Shown: positions 1 through 9,757 of the stretch, piece by piece | Position numbering within the stretch: position 1 is the stretch's first letter | Layout: each line of letters starts with the position of its first letter | DNA from: Trueperaceae bacterium | Lineage (GTDB): Bacteria > Deinococcota > Deinococci > Deinococcales > Trueperaceae | NCBI GenBank assembly: GCA_965214995.1 | Contig: CBDCCT010000002.1 | Location: forward strand, 4,795,160-4,859,159 | Length of the DNA stretch: 64,000 nucleotides | Reading direction: 5' to 3' | Made by a program: the position numbers and the translations under genes | The notes under the pieces: generated by a model | What the model saw: only the letters and a program-made list of their open reading frames with translations | Database searches by the model: none | Told to the model about the DNA's origin: nothing

Positions 1-162
1 TTACATCACGGGCCAGTACCGCAAAAGTGCGCAAAAGGCGGTGCTCGAGACGGGGCTGAGCGTGCTCGAGGTGGGCCACAGGCGGAGCGAACTGTGGGGG
101 CTGCGGGCGCTGGCGGGGATGTTGCGGGAGCGCTGGGCGGACCTCGCTGTCTTGCTTTATGA
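1..162 (+). CDS. Nif3-family (YqfO/GTP cyclohydrolase 1 type 2-like) protein, C-terminal fragment (5' partial)
   Basis: Frame from nt 2 translates ...YITGQYRKSAQKAVLETGLSVLEVGHRRSELWGLRALAGMLRERWADLAVLLYEV*. This resembles the C-terminal 'ITGD..H.A.E.G..VIDAGHYATE..G..ALAE.L' region of Nif3 proteins. The gene runs off the window start. Confidence 0.45.
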   Translation, partial: LHHGPVPQKCAKGGARDGAERARGGPQAERTVGAAGAGGDVAGALGGPRCLAL

Positions 163-962
163 GGTTTGAGAGCCCTCACCAAGCCGCGCGGTATACTCCA
201 AACGTGAAAATTCTCGTTTCCAACGACGACGGCATCTTTTCTCCCGGCATCCAGGCATTAGCCGCGGCGTTGCGCGAGGTGGCGGAGGTGATTGTCGTCG
301 CGCCCGACGTCGAGCAGTCGGCCTCGGGTCACGCGATTACGATTCGCCGCCCGCTGCGTTACAAGCGCACCAACGTCCGGGGGCTGGAGGGGCTCGAGGC
401 CTACCGCGTGGACGGCACCCCCGCCGACTGTGTCGTTCTGGGCGTCCACAACAGCGGCAAGCCCGACGTGATTGTCTCGGGCATCAACGTGGGCTCGAAC
501 CTTGGTTTCGACGTGACCCACTCGGGCACGGTCGCGGCGGCGATGGAGGGCACCACGCTGGGCGTGCCGTCGGTGGCCTTTTCGCTTCGTACGGGCGAGG
601 GCGACCTCGACTTCTCCCACGCCGCGGCCTACGCGGCGCGCTTAGTGCCCGAGGTCGCCAAGCATGGGCTTCCGGCCCGCACGCTCCTCAACGTCAATTT
701 TCCGGTGGGCGAACCCAAGGGCGTGCGCTTGGCGAAACAGTCCACGCACGTCTACCAAGACGCCATTGTCACGCGCGAGGACCCCGAGGGCGTGCCCTAC
801 TACTGGGTGGCGGGCACGCCCTCCGCCGAGGAGGAGCCCGACACCGACTACACCGCGGTGGTGCAGGGCTACGCCGCCGTGACGCCCCTGTATCTGGACA
901 TGACCCACACCCGCTACTTTGCCGACCTCGCTGAGTTCGTGCCGGGGCTCAACGGTCACTAA
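159..962 (+). CDS. surE: 5'/3'-nucleotidase SurE
   Basis: Carries the N-terminal 'KILVSNDDGI' signature and SurE-like length. The true start may be GTG at 204 (VKILVSNDDG). Confidence 0.9.
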   Translation: MRFESPHQAARYTPNVKILVSNDDGIFSPGIQALAAALREVAEVIVVAPDVEQSASGHAITIRRPLRYKRTNVRGLEGLEAYRVDGTPADCVVLGVHNSGKPDVIVSGINVGSNLGFDVTHSGTVAAAMEGTTLGVPSVAFSLRTGEGDLDFSHAAAYAARLVPEVAKHGLPARTLLNVNFPVGEPKGVRLAKQSTHVYQDAIVTREDPEGVPYYWVAGTPSAEEEPDTDYTAVVQGYAAVTPLYLDMTHTRYFADLAEFVPGLNGH

Positions 963-983
963 CGTTAAGGTTAGTAACATCCA

Positions 984-1988
984 GTGACCCAAACGTCCCT
1001 TACCACCATGCGCGCGGCGCTTGATGAAGCCATCCGCGCAGGGCTTCCACAGACGCACGAGAAGCCGACTCTCAACACTTTTTACCGGCTCATCCGCGAC
1101 TACCCCGAGCGCGGCGGCAAGGGGCTGCGCGGCCTCCTCATCCTCCTCTCGACGGGGGCGCACGGGGCGGACTGGCGGGGGGGGCTCGAGGTGGCGGCGG
1201 CCTTGGAACTCTTCCAAAACTGGGTCTTAATCCACGACGACATCGAGGACGACTCGGAAGAGCGGCGGGGCGCGCCTGCGCTCCACAAGCAAGTGGGGAT
1301 GCCCGTCGCGCTCAACGTCGGCGACGCGCTGCACGTGTACATGTGGCAAAAGCTGCACGGGCTTTCCTGTTCTGTGGAGGTCTGGCGGGAGATTTTAAGC
1401 GAATTCGCCTGGATGATTCAGCGCACCGCCGAGGGCCAGCATTTGGACCTCTCTTGGATTCAGGCGGGGCGCTTTGACGTGTCCGAGGCGGAGTATCTCG
1501 AGATGGTCACCCTCAAAACCGCTTATTACACGGTGGTCTGCCCCTTACGCTTGGGGAGTTTTTGCGCCGAAAAGACGCCCGACGCGCGACTAACCGAGGC
1601 GGGCAAACAACTCGGCATCGCCTTTCAGATTCGGGACGACGTGCTCAACCTCCTTCCCGAAGTTTCTTACGGCAAAGAGTTCGCGGGCGACCTTTATGAG
1701 GCCAAGCGGACGCTCGTCCTCTCCCACCTTTTCGCGCACGCGGAAGATAAGGGGGCGTTGGAGGCGCTTCTCGCCAAGCCCAGGGGTGAAAAGACCGAAA
1801 CAGACATCCAAACGCTCCTCGCCGCCATCAACCGCCACGGCTCACTCTCTTACGCGCAGGAGGTGGCGGAGCGCAACGCCGCCGAGGGCACGGCTTTGTT
1901 GCAAGAGGTGCTGAGGGAGTTGCCCGGCAAGCGTGAGGTGGGTGAGTTGACGGGGCTGCTCGAGTCCCTGGCGAGCCGCAAGCTATAA
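984..1988 (+). CDS. polyprenyl (geranylgeranyl/farnesyl) diphosphate synthase family
   Basis: Two aspartate-rich motifs: 'LIHDDIEDDSEERRG' (FARM) and 'FQIRDDVLN' (SARM). Confidence 0.85.
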   Translation: MTQTSLTTMRAALDEAIRAGLPQTHEKPTLNTFYRLIRDYPERGGKGLRGLLILLSTGAHGADWRGGLEVAAALELFQNWVLIHDDIEDDSEERRGAPALHKQVGMPVALNVGDALHVYMWQKLHGLSCSVEVWREILSEFAWMIQRTAEGQHLDLSWIQAGRFDVSEAEYLEMVTLKTAYYTVVCPLRLGSFCAEKTPDARLTEAGKQLGIAFQIRDDVLNLLPEVSYGKEFAGDLYEAKRTLVLSHLFAHAEDKGALEALLAKPRGEKTETDIQTLLAAINRHGSLSYAQEVAERNAAEGTALLQEVLRELPGKREVGELTGLLESLASRKL

Positions 1989-1999
1989 TTTTCACGTTT

Positions 2000-2668
2000 T
2001 TGGCGACAAACACCCCCGTAGAATGGCGCGTGCATCTCCACGAGTTCTTCTATGGCCTCGCCCGCTGCCCGGTCTGCCGCGCGCGGCCCTCGTCGGCGCT
2101 CGGCTGCTGCGCGGCGTGCGCTGAGGCCCTTTTTAAGCCGACGGTCAACGGAACCACCCTCGCGCTCGGCATGTACGAGGGCGGGCTCGAGCGGGCCGTA
2201 CGCGCCCTTAAGTTTCACCACACCACCCGGCTCGCCAAGCTCTTTGGTAAAAGGTTGGCCGAGGCGGTCACGAACGAGGGCTGGCGGGTTCACACCGTCT
2301 GCGCCGTGCCGCTTCACGCCTCCCGCAGGCGGGAGCGCGGTTACAATCAGGCCGAACTCGTCGCCAAGGAGACCGCGCGGTGTTTAGGACGGCCCTACAA
2401 GCCCCTCTTAAAGCGCGTGCGCGCGACGGGGCAGCAGGCGCGGCTCTCGGCGGGCGAGCGGGGCGAGAACGTCTCGGGCGCGTTCTCAGCCTCGCCTTGT
2501 AAGGGTGCGCGCGTTCTGCTTGTTGACGACGTAGTGACGAGCGGCGCGACCACCACGGAGTGCGGCCTCGCGCTTTTGGACGCGGGCGCGAGCTACGTAT
2601 ATGTGGCAGCGGTTGCCAGCGCGAGCCGGGCTCAGGGGGTGGGCTCGAGCCCGCAAAAACTCTCATAA
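2000..2668 (+). CDS. comF: ComF-family phosphoribosyltransferase-domain protein
   Basis: N-terminal Cys cluster (CPVC...CCAAC) plus a C-terminal PRTase motif 'VLLVDDVVTSGATTTE'. Confidence 0.75.
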   Translation: MATNTPVEWRVHLHEFFYGLARCPVCRARPSSALGCCAACAEALFKPTVNGTTLALGMYEGGLERAVRALKFHHTTRLAKLFGKRLAEAVTNEGWRVHTVCAVPLHASRRRERGYNQAELVAKETARCLGRPYKPLLKRVRATGQQARLSAGERGENVSGAFSASPCKGARVLLVDDVVTSGATTTECGLALLDAGASYVYVAAVASASRAQGVGSSPQKLS

Positions 2669-3450
2669 TCGCTGAGTACATGGATGCTTGGCGCGTCGCC
2701 GCAGACGGCGCAGTTGGGGTTGCGCTTTAAACGAATCTCACGAAATTCACTCCAGAGCGCGTCGTAATGCAAAAGGCGTCCGCTCAGACTCTCGCCCAAG
2801 TCCACAAGATATTTGATGACCTCGACCGCCATAAGGCTGCCGATAACCCCCGGCAACGCGCCGAACACGCCCGCCTCAGCGCAGGTGGGGACGCTGCCGG
2901 GCGCGGGCGATTCGGGAAAGAGACAGCGGTAGCAGGGGCCGAGCGTGCCGTCCTTGGAGGGCGCGTGGAAAAGGCTCACCTGCCCCTCGAACTGCGCCAT
3001 CGCGCCGTAAAGCAGCGGCTTGTCCATAAGCACGCAGGCGTCGTTAATAAGATAACGCGTGGGGAGGCTGTCGCTGCCGTCGATGACGAGGTGGTAGTCG
3101 GTCAGGGTCTCGAGCGCGTTCTCCGCCGTCAGCCTGCCGTGCCGCCTCACCCGCACCTCCGGGTTGAGGTTTTCTAATCTCGCCGCCGCCGCGTCCGTTT
3201 TAGGGGTGCCCAGGTCCGACACACCATAAAGCACCTGCCGCTGCAAATTGCTCACCTCCACGCTGTCAAAGTCCGCCACGCCGAGCGTGCCCACCCCGGC
3301 GGCGGTCAGATAGAGGAGCACGGGCGAGCCCAGGCCGCCCGCGCCGACGACGAGAACGCGCGCGTCCAAGAGCTTTCGCTGTCCAGCCGCCCCCACCCCC
3401 GGCAGGATGATGTGGCGGGCGTAGCGGTCGAGTTGGTCTTTGCTGAACAT
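2632..3450 (-). CDS. MoeB/ThiF-family E1-like adenylyltransferase (molybdopterin/thiamine/sulfur-carrier activating)
   Basis: 'YARHIILPGVG..GQ.KL....VLVVGAGGLGSP' Rossmann/ThiF motif and two CxxC pairs (CYRC, CAVC). There is no rhodanese domain. Confidence 0.85.
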   Translation of the reverse strand: MFSKDQLDRYARHIILPGVGAAGQRKLLDARVLVVGAGGLGSPVLLYLTAAGVGTLGVADFDSVEVSNLQRQVLYGVSDLGTPKTDAAAARLENLNPEVRVRRHGRLTAENALETLTDYHLVIDGSDSLPTRYLINDACVLMDKPLLYGAMAQFEGQVSLFHAPSKDGTLGPCYRCLFPESPAPGSVPTCAEAGVFGALPGVIGSLMAVEVIKYLVDLGESLSGRLLHYDALWSEFREIRLKRNPNCAVCGDAPSIHVLSDYESFCGLEPTP

Positions 3451-3560
3451 GCTTGTAAGTGTACGACGCCCTGCTTCTCGTTTGTGTTCAGGGAGGTGCT
3501 TGGAAGCTCGAGGCGCGCGAGGCAGAAATGCACCGTTCGGTTAAAAAAGTGTGAAAAGTT

Positions 3561-5075
3561 TTGATGTCTTTTCAGGCGCTTTACGCAGTAGCATTAGGGG
3601 TGCGTCCAAACTCCCGCAAACTTAATGGGTCTCGCTCTTTTACCCGGTTAGCTGCCGGACTCCTGCTGGCTCTGTCCGCGCTGCTCACAGCTTGCCCCGG
3701 CCTGCCGCCGCCCGAAGAGATTGACTTTGAAAATGACCCAAGTATTCTGCGGGGCGCTTGGACGGGAAAAGTGGGAGGAATAGCATACGCCAGCGTATCT
3801 TCTTTAACATTTAGCCCGGACGGGCAGCGATTGGCTGTGGCGGCCTCCCGAGGCACGCCCTACGACATAACAATTTATGACGCGGACACGCTCGAGCCCT
3901 CCGGGAAGTTAGCGCTGGGCGAAGAGGAGTATATCTCCGCTGTGGTCTTTGGCCCCGGCGGCACCTTGGCAACCTCCGGCATAAACGTTTCTTTTTGGGA
4001 CGCATCAACGGGCGAACGCTTGCGCACGCTGACGAAGGTAAAAAACGTAGAGGCGTTCTCCAAAGATCTGACGATGGGGGCCACGGTGGAGCAGAAAGCC
4101 CGAGGTACGGTAAGGGTCAAAGTTTGGGATTTGGCTACCGAGACGCTTCTCAACACCTTTGAGGTGACAACCTACGCCGTTGTTGACGCTTATAGGGTTC
4201 AAGTCACCGACGTTGCTTTTAGCCCTGACGGCAGAACCTTGGCGATAGCGGACAATGTTTACGGGGCGAACGAGAACTACGTCGGCACGCTGGGGCTGTG
4301 GAATTTAGAGACGGGCACCCTCGAAAAGACGTTCGAGCCCCGGACTCAATCCTGTACATACATTCAGGCGGTCGCCTTTAGCCCCGACGGTCAAAGCGTC
4401 GCCTTTAACGAATGCTTTGCCGATTTTTCTCTCCTGGACGTAGCGTCTGGCAAACTTTTACCCTTGTCTCACACCATTCAAGTAGCGCGGGATTTCGCCT
4501 TTAGTCCAGACGGTACTCGCCTGGTAACGCGGCGCTACAGAGACGACGCTGACGCCCCTGTCCTCGACGTGTGGAATCTTGATGGGGGTTTAGTGGGCAC
4601 TCTTGAGGGCGAGGGCGGAATAGCCTTTGAAGGTCCTCTCTCCTTTAGCGCCGACGGCTCACGTGTGGCTACAAATGATGGGGGCGGGACGGTCAGCATA
4701 TGGGACGTTTCGAGCTCAAAGCGTCTTGCCACCCTACCCGAACTCGAGCCCTTCGAGGTGCGTTTGGCGCTCGAGGCCTCCTACATAGACGAGCGCAATT
4801 ACGCAGTAACGGGAACGCTAACGACGGAAGCGGGAGACGTTTACAGGCTCGAAGGCACCACCTATAGCGGCACCGGGCACCGCTACGTCAGACCCGCCCA
4901 CGCCGCGCCGACGCCCCCAAGATTTCAGGCCAACGCTTTTGACGCCGACGGCACCCTGCACTGGACACTTGAAGCCGCACTTTTGCACGGAAGCACCTCA
5001 TACGATGGTTCGGTTCAAGACGTGAGCGCTCAAGCTACCGGCTTCAGCCAATACTTCTCTATGGAGCGCCCTTAG
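3561..5075 (+). CDS. secreted WD40/beta-propeller repeat lipoprotein
   Basis: Signal/lipobox (LLALSALLTAC) followed by repeated 'AFSPDG(Q/R/T).LA' blades. There are at least 7 repeats. Confidence 0.75.
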   Translation: MMSFQALYAVALGVRPNSRKLNGSRSFTRLAAGLLLALSALLTACPGLPPPEEIDFENDPSILRGAWTGKVGGIAYASVSSLTFSPDGQRLAVAASRGTPYDITIYDADTLEPSGKLALGEEEYISAVVFGPGGTLATSGINVSFWDASTGERLRTLTKVKNVEAFSKDLTMGATVEQKARGTVRVKVWDLATETLLNTFEVTTYAVVDAYRVQVTDVAFSPDGRTLAIADNVYGANENYVGTLGLWNLETGTLEKTFEPRTQSCTYIQAVAFSPDGQSVAFNECFADFSLLDVASGKLLPLSHTIQVARDFAFSPDGTRLVTRRYRDDADAPVLDVWNLDGGLVGTLEGEGGIAFEGPLSFSADGSRVATNDGGGTVSIWDVSSSKRLATLPELEPFEVRLALEASYIDERNYAVTGTLTTEAGDVYRLEGTTYSGTGHRYVRPAHAAPTPPRFQANAFDADGTLHWTLEAALLHGSTSYDGSVQDVSAQATGFSQYFSMERP

Positions 5076-5470
5076 CTCACAGAAACAACCAACTCGAGTT
5101 CGCTAGACCCCCCGCTCGAGAACTCAAACGCGCGCACTATACCGCTCAACGGCAGCACGACCAGGTGAACCACCTCGTAACGCGCTTCTTCTAAATCGGT
5201 TGACGAGGGCGTGGGAGGGCCGTGCGGGTGCGAGTGGTAGAGGGCGAGGAGCGTTTCACCCCGTGCGTCCGCCTCCTGAAGCGCGGCTAAAACCTCTTCC
5301 GGACGAGCGAAGAAGCGCGTCTCGGGCCGGGCGGCGACGTTGGCGAGGGGGACGCGCCGCTGGATACCGTTTTCTGTGCCGAAGAGGAGACCGACGCATT
5401 CGTTGGGGAGTTCGTTGCGGGCGTGCTCGAGCACCTCCTCCCACACGCGCCGAGGCAGGCAAAAGCTCAC
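5072..5470 (-). CDS. JAB/MPN (JAMM) metalloprotease-domain protein
   Basis: 'E.VGLLFG' plus the JAMM motif '[14 protein letters not shown]' (HxHx7Sx2D). It overlaps the deoA stop by 4 nt. Confidence 0.8.
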   Translation of the reverse strand: MSFCLPRRVWEEVLEHARNELPNECVGLLFGTENGIQRRVPLANVAARPETRFFARPEEVLAALQEADARGETLLALYHSHPHGPPTPSSTDLEEARYEVVHLVVLPLSGIVRAFEFSSGGSSELELVVSVS

Positions 5471-6744
5471 GCCAAGGTCTCTAAGACCAGCGGCGGCACC
5501 TCCACCGGCTCAGCAGAGAAGGTAAAAGCATCCTGAAGAAGCCGCACCGCCTCCTCCAACCCTCGTGCGTTGTGATACACCGTGACAAGTGGTTCTCCCG
5601 CCCCGACCTCGTCACCAATTTTGGCGTGCAACACCGCGCCCACGCCCAAATCTATGGCGTCGCCCTTCTTGCTGCGCCCGCCGCCCAAAATCTTGACCAC
5701 CTCCCCGACCTTGAGCGCTTCGACTTCGCGCACGTAACCATTTTGGGGGGCTTTTATTTGATGCTGCTCCGCGGCGAGCTCGAGCTCCCCCACCCGCGCC
5801 ACCAAACCCCCTTGCGCGGCTATCCACCTTTCAAATTTTGCATACGCCTCGCCGTTGGAAAGCTTCGCGGCGATGTCCTCACGGCTTCCGTTAAGCCCCG
5901 ACGCGTTCAACACCTCCGCCGCCAGCGTGACGCAGAGTTTTTCTAAGTCCTCCGGCCCCTCGCCCTTGAGGCAGCGCGCGGCCTCCTGGACCTCGAGCGC
6001 GTGCCCCACCGCATAACCCAAGGGCTCCCTCATGCTGCTGATGACCGCGCGCGCGCGTCGCCCCGCGCGGTTGCCGATGTCCACCATCGCCCCGGCTAAA
6101 TCCCGCGCCTCGTCCAGCGTTTTCATGAACGCACCACTCCCGACTTTCACGTCCAGCACGATGGACTGCGCGCCGCTCGCCAGTTTTTTGCTCATAATGG
6201 AACTGGCGATGAGCGGGAGCGAGGCGACGGTGGCGGTGGCGTCGCGCAGGGCGTAGAGGAGGCCGTCGGCGGGGGCTAAGTCTTTGGACTGGCCGCTCAC
6301 CACCACGCCCACCCTACGCGCCTGCTCTAAAAACTCCCTTTCTGAGAGAGTGGCGCGAAAACCGGGGATGCTCTCCAGCTTGTCCACCGTGCCCCCCGTG
6401 TGCCCGAGCCCGCGCCCGCTCATCTTGGCGACGGTCGCGCCGCAGACAGCGAGAAGCGGCGCGAGCACCAAGCTAGTCTTGTCGCCCACGCCGCCCGTCG
6501 AGTGCTTGTCAACGGTGTGGGGAAAGTCGCTCAAATCGAGCGTGTCGCCCGACGCCGCCATGACCTGCGTTAGGTGGGCGGTTTCCCTTGGGCTCATGCC
6601 CCGCCAGCACACCGCCATGAGCCAGGCGGCGGCCTGGTAGTCGGGCACCTCGCCCCGGACGAAGCCCGTAACAAACGCTTCCAAGTCCTCTAAAGAATGC
6701 TCTTCTCCCGCACGTTTTCGGGTGATAAAACTTGTGGCGCGCAT
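5467..6744 (-). CDS. deoA: thymidine/pyrimidine-nucleoside phosphorylase
   Basis: 425 aa. The motifs '[14 protein letters not shown]' and '[15 protein letters not shown]' are typical of DeoA/Pdp. Confidence 0.9.
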   Translation of the reverse strand: MRATSFITRKRAGEEHSLEDLEAFVTGFVRGEVPDYQAAAWLMAVCWRGMSPRETAHLTQVMAASGDTLDLSDFPHTVDKHSTGGVGDKTSLVLAPLLAVCGATVAKMSGRGLGHTGGTVDKLESIPGFRATLSEREFLEQARRVGVVVSGQSKDLAPADGLLYALRDATATVASLPLIASSIMSKKLASGAQSIVLDVKVGSGAFMKTLDEARDLAGAMVDIGNRAGRRARAVISSMREPLGYAVGHALEVQEAARCLKGEGPEDLEKLCVTLAAEVLNASGLNGSREDIAAKLSNGEAYAKFERWIAAQGGLVARVGELELAAEQHQIKAPQNGYVREVEALKVGEVVKILGGGRSKKGDAIDLGVGAVLHAKIGDEVGAGEPLVTVYHNARGLEEAVRLLQDAFTFSAEPVEVPPLVLETLA

Positions 6745-6864
6745 AGCCCAGTGTATGACAAACCGATGTGTAGCAGGTTTTACACGGATTGAGAACAGTA
6801 TTACGGGCTTTTCTCAGGTGAACGTTAGGCGATTCTGAACCTTGCGGTGACAGGGCCGCGCCGC

Positions 6865-7764
6865 CTACCGTGCCCCCGTCGCCTTGACGGAAGGAACGCG
6901 GGCGGGGCGTCTCGAGCGGTTCACCATCACAATCCCCAAAATCGCCACCGCGCCGCCCACCAGCGTCACCCGGCTCGGCACCTCGCCGATGAAGAGCCAC
7001 GAGAAGAGGAGGCTGAAGACGGGCACCGTGTAGAGGTAGGCCGTCACCAGCGTGACGGGCGCTTGCGAGAGGGCGTAAGCAAAAATCGCGTAGGCCACCG
7101 CCGCCGGGAACACGCCGATGTAGAGCGTGGCTAAAAGAGGCGCAGGGGCTGCGCCCGCCACCTCTGCTGGAAAACCGGGCCAGAAAATAAGCAGGGGCAG
7201 CGTGCCCGCCCAGGTCGCAAAGGCGCTCACCTCGACCGCCTTGTAACGCGCAAACAGCGGCTTTTGCAGCACAAAATAAAAGGCCGTGACCACCGACGAG
7301 AGGAGAATGAGCAGCGCGTAGGGGTTAAAGCCAAAGGCCGCCTCCTCACCCCAGACAATCAGCGCCACGCCCGAAAACGACACAATGATGCCGCCCCAAC
7401 CCAGGGGCGGCAAACGGTCGCCAAGCATAAAGAACGCGATAACCGCGGTGATGGCGGGCGCGGTGGCGATGATGAGGCTCGCCGCGCCCGCCGTGACGTA
7501 AAGTTCGCCGTAGTTGAGGGCCAGATGATAGATGGTCACACCCAACAGGCCCAGCAGGAAAAAGATGGGCAGGTCGCGCCGCGCGGGCAGGAGCCGCTTT
7601 TTGCTCAGCGCCAGATAGGGCACAAAGCAGAGCGAGGCGACGAGAAAACGGCCCAGCGTCAGGTGTGCCGCCGAAAAGCCTTCCAAACCCACCTTGATGA
7701 GCGGAAAGGCCGAACCCCACAAGGCCGCGAGCAAGAGCAGGCTGAGGAGGACTTTACGGCTCAC
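6865..7764 (-). CDS. EamA/DMT-family transporter
   Basis: About 10 TM helices arranged as two EamA-like halves. Confidence 0.7.
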   Translation of the reverse strand: MSRKVLLSLLLLAALWGSAFPLIKVGLEGFSAAHLTLGRFLVASLCFVPYLALSKKRLLPARRDLPIFFLLGLLGVTIYHLALNYGELYVTAGAASLIIATAPAITAVIAFFMLGDRLPPLGWGGIIVSFSGVALIVWGEEAAFGFNPYALLILLSSVVTAFYFVLQKPLFARYKAVEVSAFATWAGTLPLLIFWPGFPAEVAGAAPAPLLATLYIGVFPAAVAYAIFAYALSQAPVTLVTAYLYTVPVFSLLFSWLFIGEVPSRVTLVGGAVAILGIVMVNRSRRPARVPSVKATGAR

Positions 7765-7852
7765 CGCATCACCTTAACACCAGGAGCGAGAGAAAAGAGA
7801 AAAGGACTGAGAAATTACTTTCACCTCAGTCCTTTCCTCTTCCTTTACTCTC

Positions 7853-8836
7853 TTATGCTGGCAACATCACCGGGCGACCGCAGGCGCAAAGCTCTTCGTC
7901 GCGGATCATCGTCGCTTGGCCCTCGCGGTACCAGAGCGTGTCGCACTCGGGGCAGCGGATTTCGTTTTCAGAAATGCCGCGAATCGCGGGGGGCTCGATC
8001 CAGCGTTTTTCGCCGCACCAGTGGCAGACGACCTCGGCGCCGCCGTCCTCTTCTATCATCGCCTCGCGCTCGTCGCGCGTGAAGTAGGCGAGAGCGTCGA
8101 GCGCTTTTCGGTCGGAGCAGCGGCACTCGAAGCGCAGGGGCAGCGCGTCCGGGGTGAGGAGTTCGAACTCGAGCCCCCGGCAAAGCTCCTCGATAATCTC
8201 TAATAAACTCATACGCCCCATCGCGGCGGTGAGCTGGCCCAAGGCTGCGACGTTCTCGCCCAAGCGCGTCAGCGTGTCCTCTTCGGCGCCGGGCAGCGCC
8301 TGCAACACGACGCCGCCCGAGCGGACGACCTCGCCGCCCTCAACGTACACGCCCAGCAGCACCGCCGAGGCGACCTGCTCGGACTGGGCCAAGAAAACGG
8401 TGATGTCGTCAGCAATCTCGCCCGAGGTGAGGGGCACCGACGAGCTGTAGGGCTCGCCGTAGGGCGCGTGCGAGCGGATGACCTGGATGTCGCCCGCGCC
8501 CAGGGCCCCGCCCACGTCGAGCTTGCCATCAGGCCGCAGGGGCAGATGCACGTTCGGGTTGGTGACGTAACCGCGCACCGCCCCGTCGAGTCCGGCCTCG
8601 GCGATCACGCCGCCTAAGGGGCCGTCGCCGCGCAGGCGCAACGTCACGCGGTCTTGCGGGTTTTTGAGCAGGACGTGCGACAGCAAAAGGGCCCCGGTGA
8701 GGGTGCGGCCCAAAGCCGCCGTCGCGGTGGGCAGGGTGTCGTGGCGCGTTCTGGCGAGTTCGACGAGCGCGGTCGTGTCGGCGGCCACCACGCGGACGGA
8801 GCCGCGCGCAGCCAAGCCGCGAAGCAGGTAAGACAT
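7853..8836 (-). CDS. hslO: Hsp33 redox-regulated chaperone
   Basis: Hsp33-like N-domain with a C-terminal zinc centre (CHWCGEK...CPECD). The likely start is MSYLL at 8836 rather than the ORF-track start at 8914. Confidence 0.8.
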   Translation of the reverse strand: MSYLLRGLAARGSVRVVAADTTALVELARTRHDTLPTATAALGRTLTGALLLSHVLLKNPQDRVTLRLRGDGPLGGVIAEAGLDGAVRGYVTNPNVHLPLRPDGKLDVGGALGAGDIQVIRSHAPYGEPYSSSVPLTSGEIADDITVFLAQSEQVASAVLLGVYVEGGEVVRSGGVVLQALPGAEEDTLTRLGENVAALGQLTAAMGRMSLLEIIEELCRGLEFELLTPDALPLRFECRCSDRKALDALAYFTRDEREAMIEEDGGAEVVCHWCGEKRWIEPPAIRGISENEIRCPECDTLWYREGQATMIRDEELCACGRPVMLPA

Positions 8837-8992
8837 GAATTGTCCTCTCTTGTAGACGCTAACAGGGGCTGCCGGAGCAGCCGGTAAAAGGGCTCGGGTT
8901 GATGGGCGTCTCAACCATCCATAAAAAGAAGTATAAAACTCGCGCCGCCGGGCCTCCGTAAGGCTGGTGACGAGCTCGAGATGTCTCGGGGT

Positions 8993-9490
8993 CTAGGTTT
9001 CGTAACGCGCTCTGTGACGTTTTTTCATCTCCTTGTAACGCGCATTTTCCCTCGCCGCCACATACTTTTCGTAGAAGATGGCTGCGGACTCGGCCTTTTC
9101 CTCGTCAACCTCGCGGGGCAGTTCGGCGCGGCCGTGTGCGCCGCTCCGCCCCTTTTTGTCGGGCGGGACCGCGCCTTTATACTTCTTGCCGCCCTTGTGG
9201 TTGGCGTAGCGGCGGGCCCTGGTCCAGCCCATCTGCAAAAATTTACGCGCCATGTCCGCGCCCACGAAGTCGTCCGCCGCCAGATACGCGTGGAACATCT
9301 CGAAAAGCTTGTCGGACGATTCCTTGGCTATCTCGGGCGTCCGGAAGCGCCAGTGGGGCAAGAGTTCGCCCTTGTAGGGCTCGACCAAAAGCACACCCTG
9401 CTCGCCCTTGCCGACGCGGTAGAGGTCGGGGCGCTCGCGGAAGTCGATGCTGCCGAAGTCGAGGTCGTAGTCAAAAGCCATACGTTTCAT
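8993..9490 (-). CDS. DUF4385-like conserved protein
   Basis: 'MKRMAFDYDLDFGSIDFRERPDLYRVGKGEQGVLLVEPYKGELLPHWRFRTPEIA...ANHKGGKKY'. The likely start is internal at 9490. Confidence 0.6.
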   Translation of the reverse strand: MKRMAFDYDLDFGSIDFRERPDLYRVGKGEQGVLLVEPYKGELLPHWRFRTPEIAKESSDKLFEMFHAYLAADDFVGADMARKFLQMGWTRARRYANHKGGKKYKGAVPPDKKGRSGAHGRAELPREVDEEKAESAAIFYEKYVAARENARYKEMKKRHRARYET

Positions 9491-9757
9491 CCTACCTCCG
9501 CGAGCACGCCCCGAAACAGAGGCCGTGAAGCGGCGGAGAGGCTTTAAACCCGGAGTCGGTCGCGCGGGGGATGTTGGCACAGGTTGGGTCACGCCCTTGC
9601 TAAACCGGGTGCAGCCCCAGAAAGTCCCGCTTAAGCAGGCGCAGGAAAAGCCGAGGTGCTCGAGTGAGGGTCGGTAGGGAGGATCGGGCGCTGGGTCACG
9701 GCCCCTATCGCGCCACACCCTTGTGAAGTGGGCGCGCACCCAGTATGCTGGAGCGTT

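Noticed and set aside
3306-3533. 75-aa ORF near MoeB, considered as a possible ThiS/MoaD-like sulfur carrier
   Set aside because: It overlaps the MoeB 5' end in another frame. It has no beta-grasp features and no C-terminal Gly-Gly.
7264-8082. 272-aa plus-strand ORF, with similar GC-rich ORFs at 7346–7720 and 7916–8203
   Set aside because: Arg/Gly/Gln-rich shadow ORFs overlapping the well-supported EamA transporter and Hsp33 genes on the opposite strand. They are typical high-GC artefacts.
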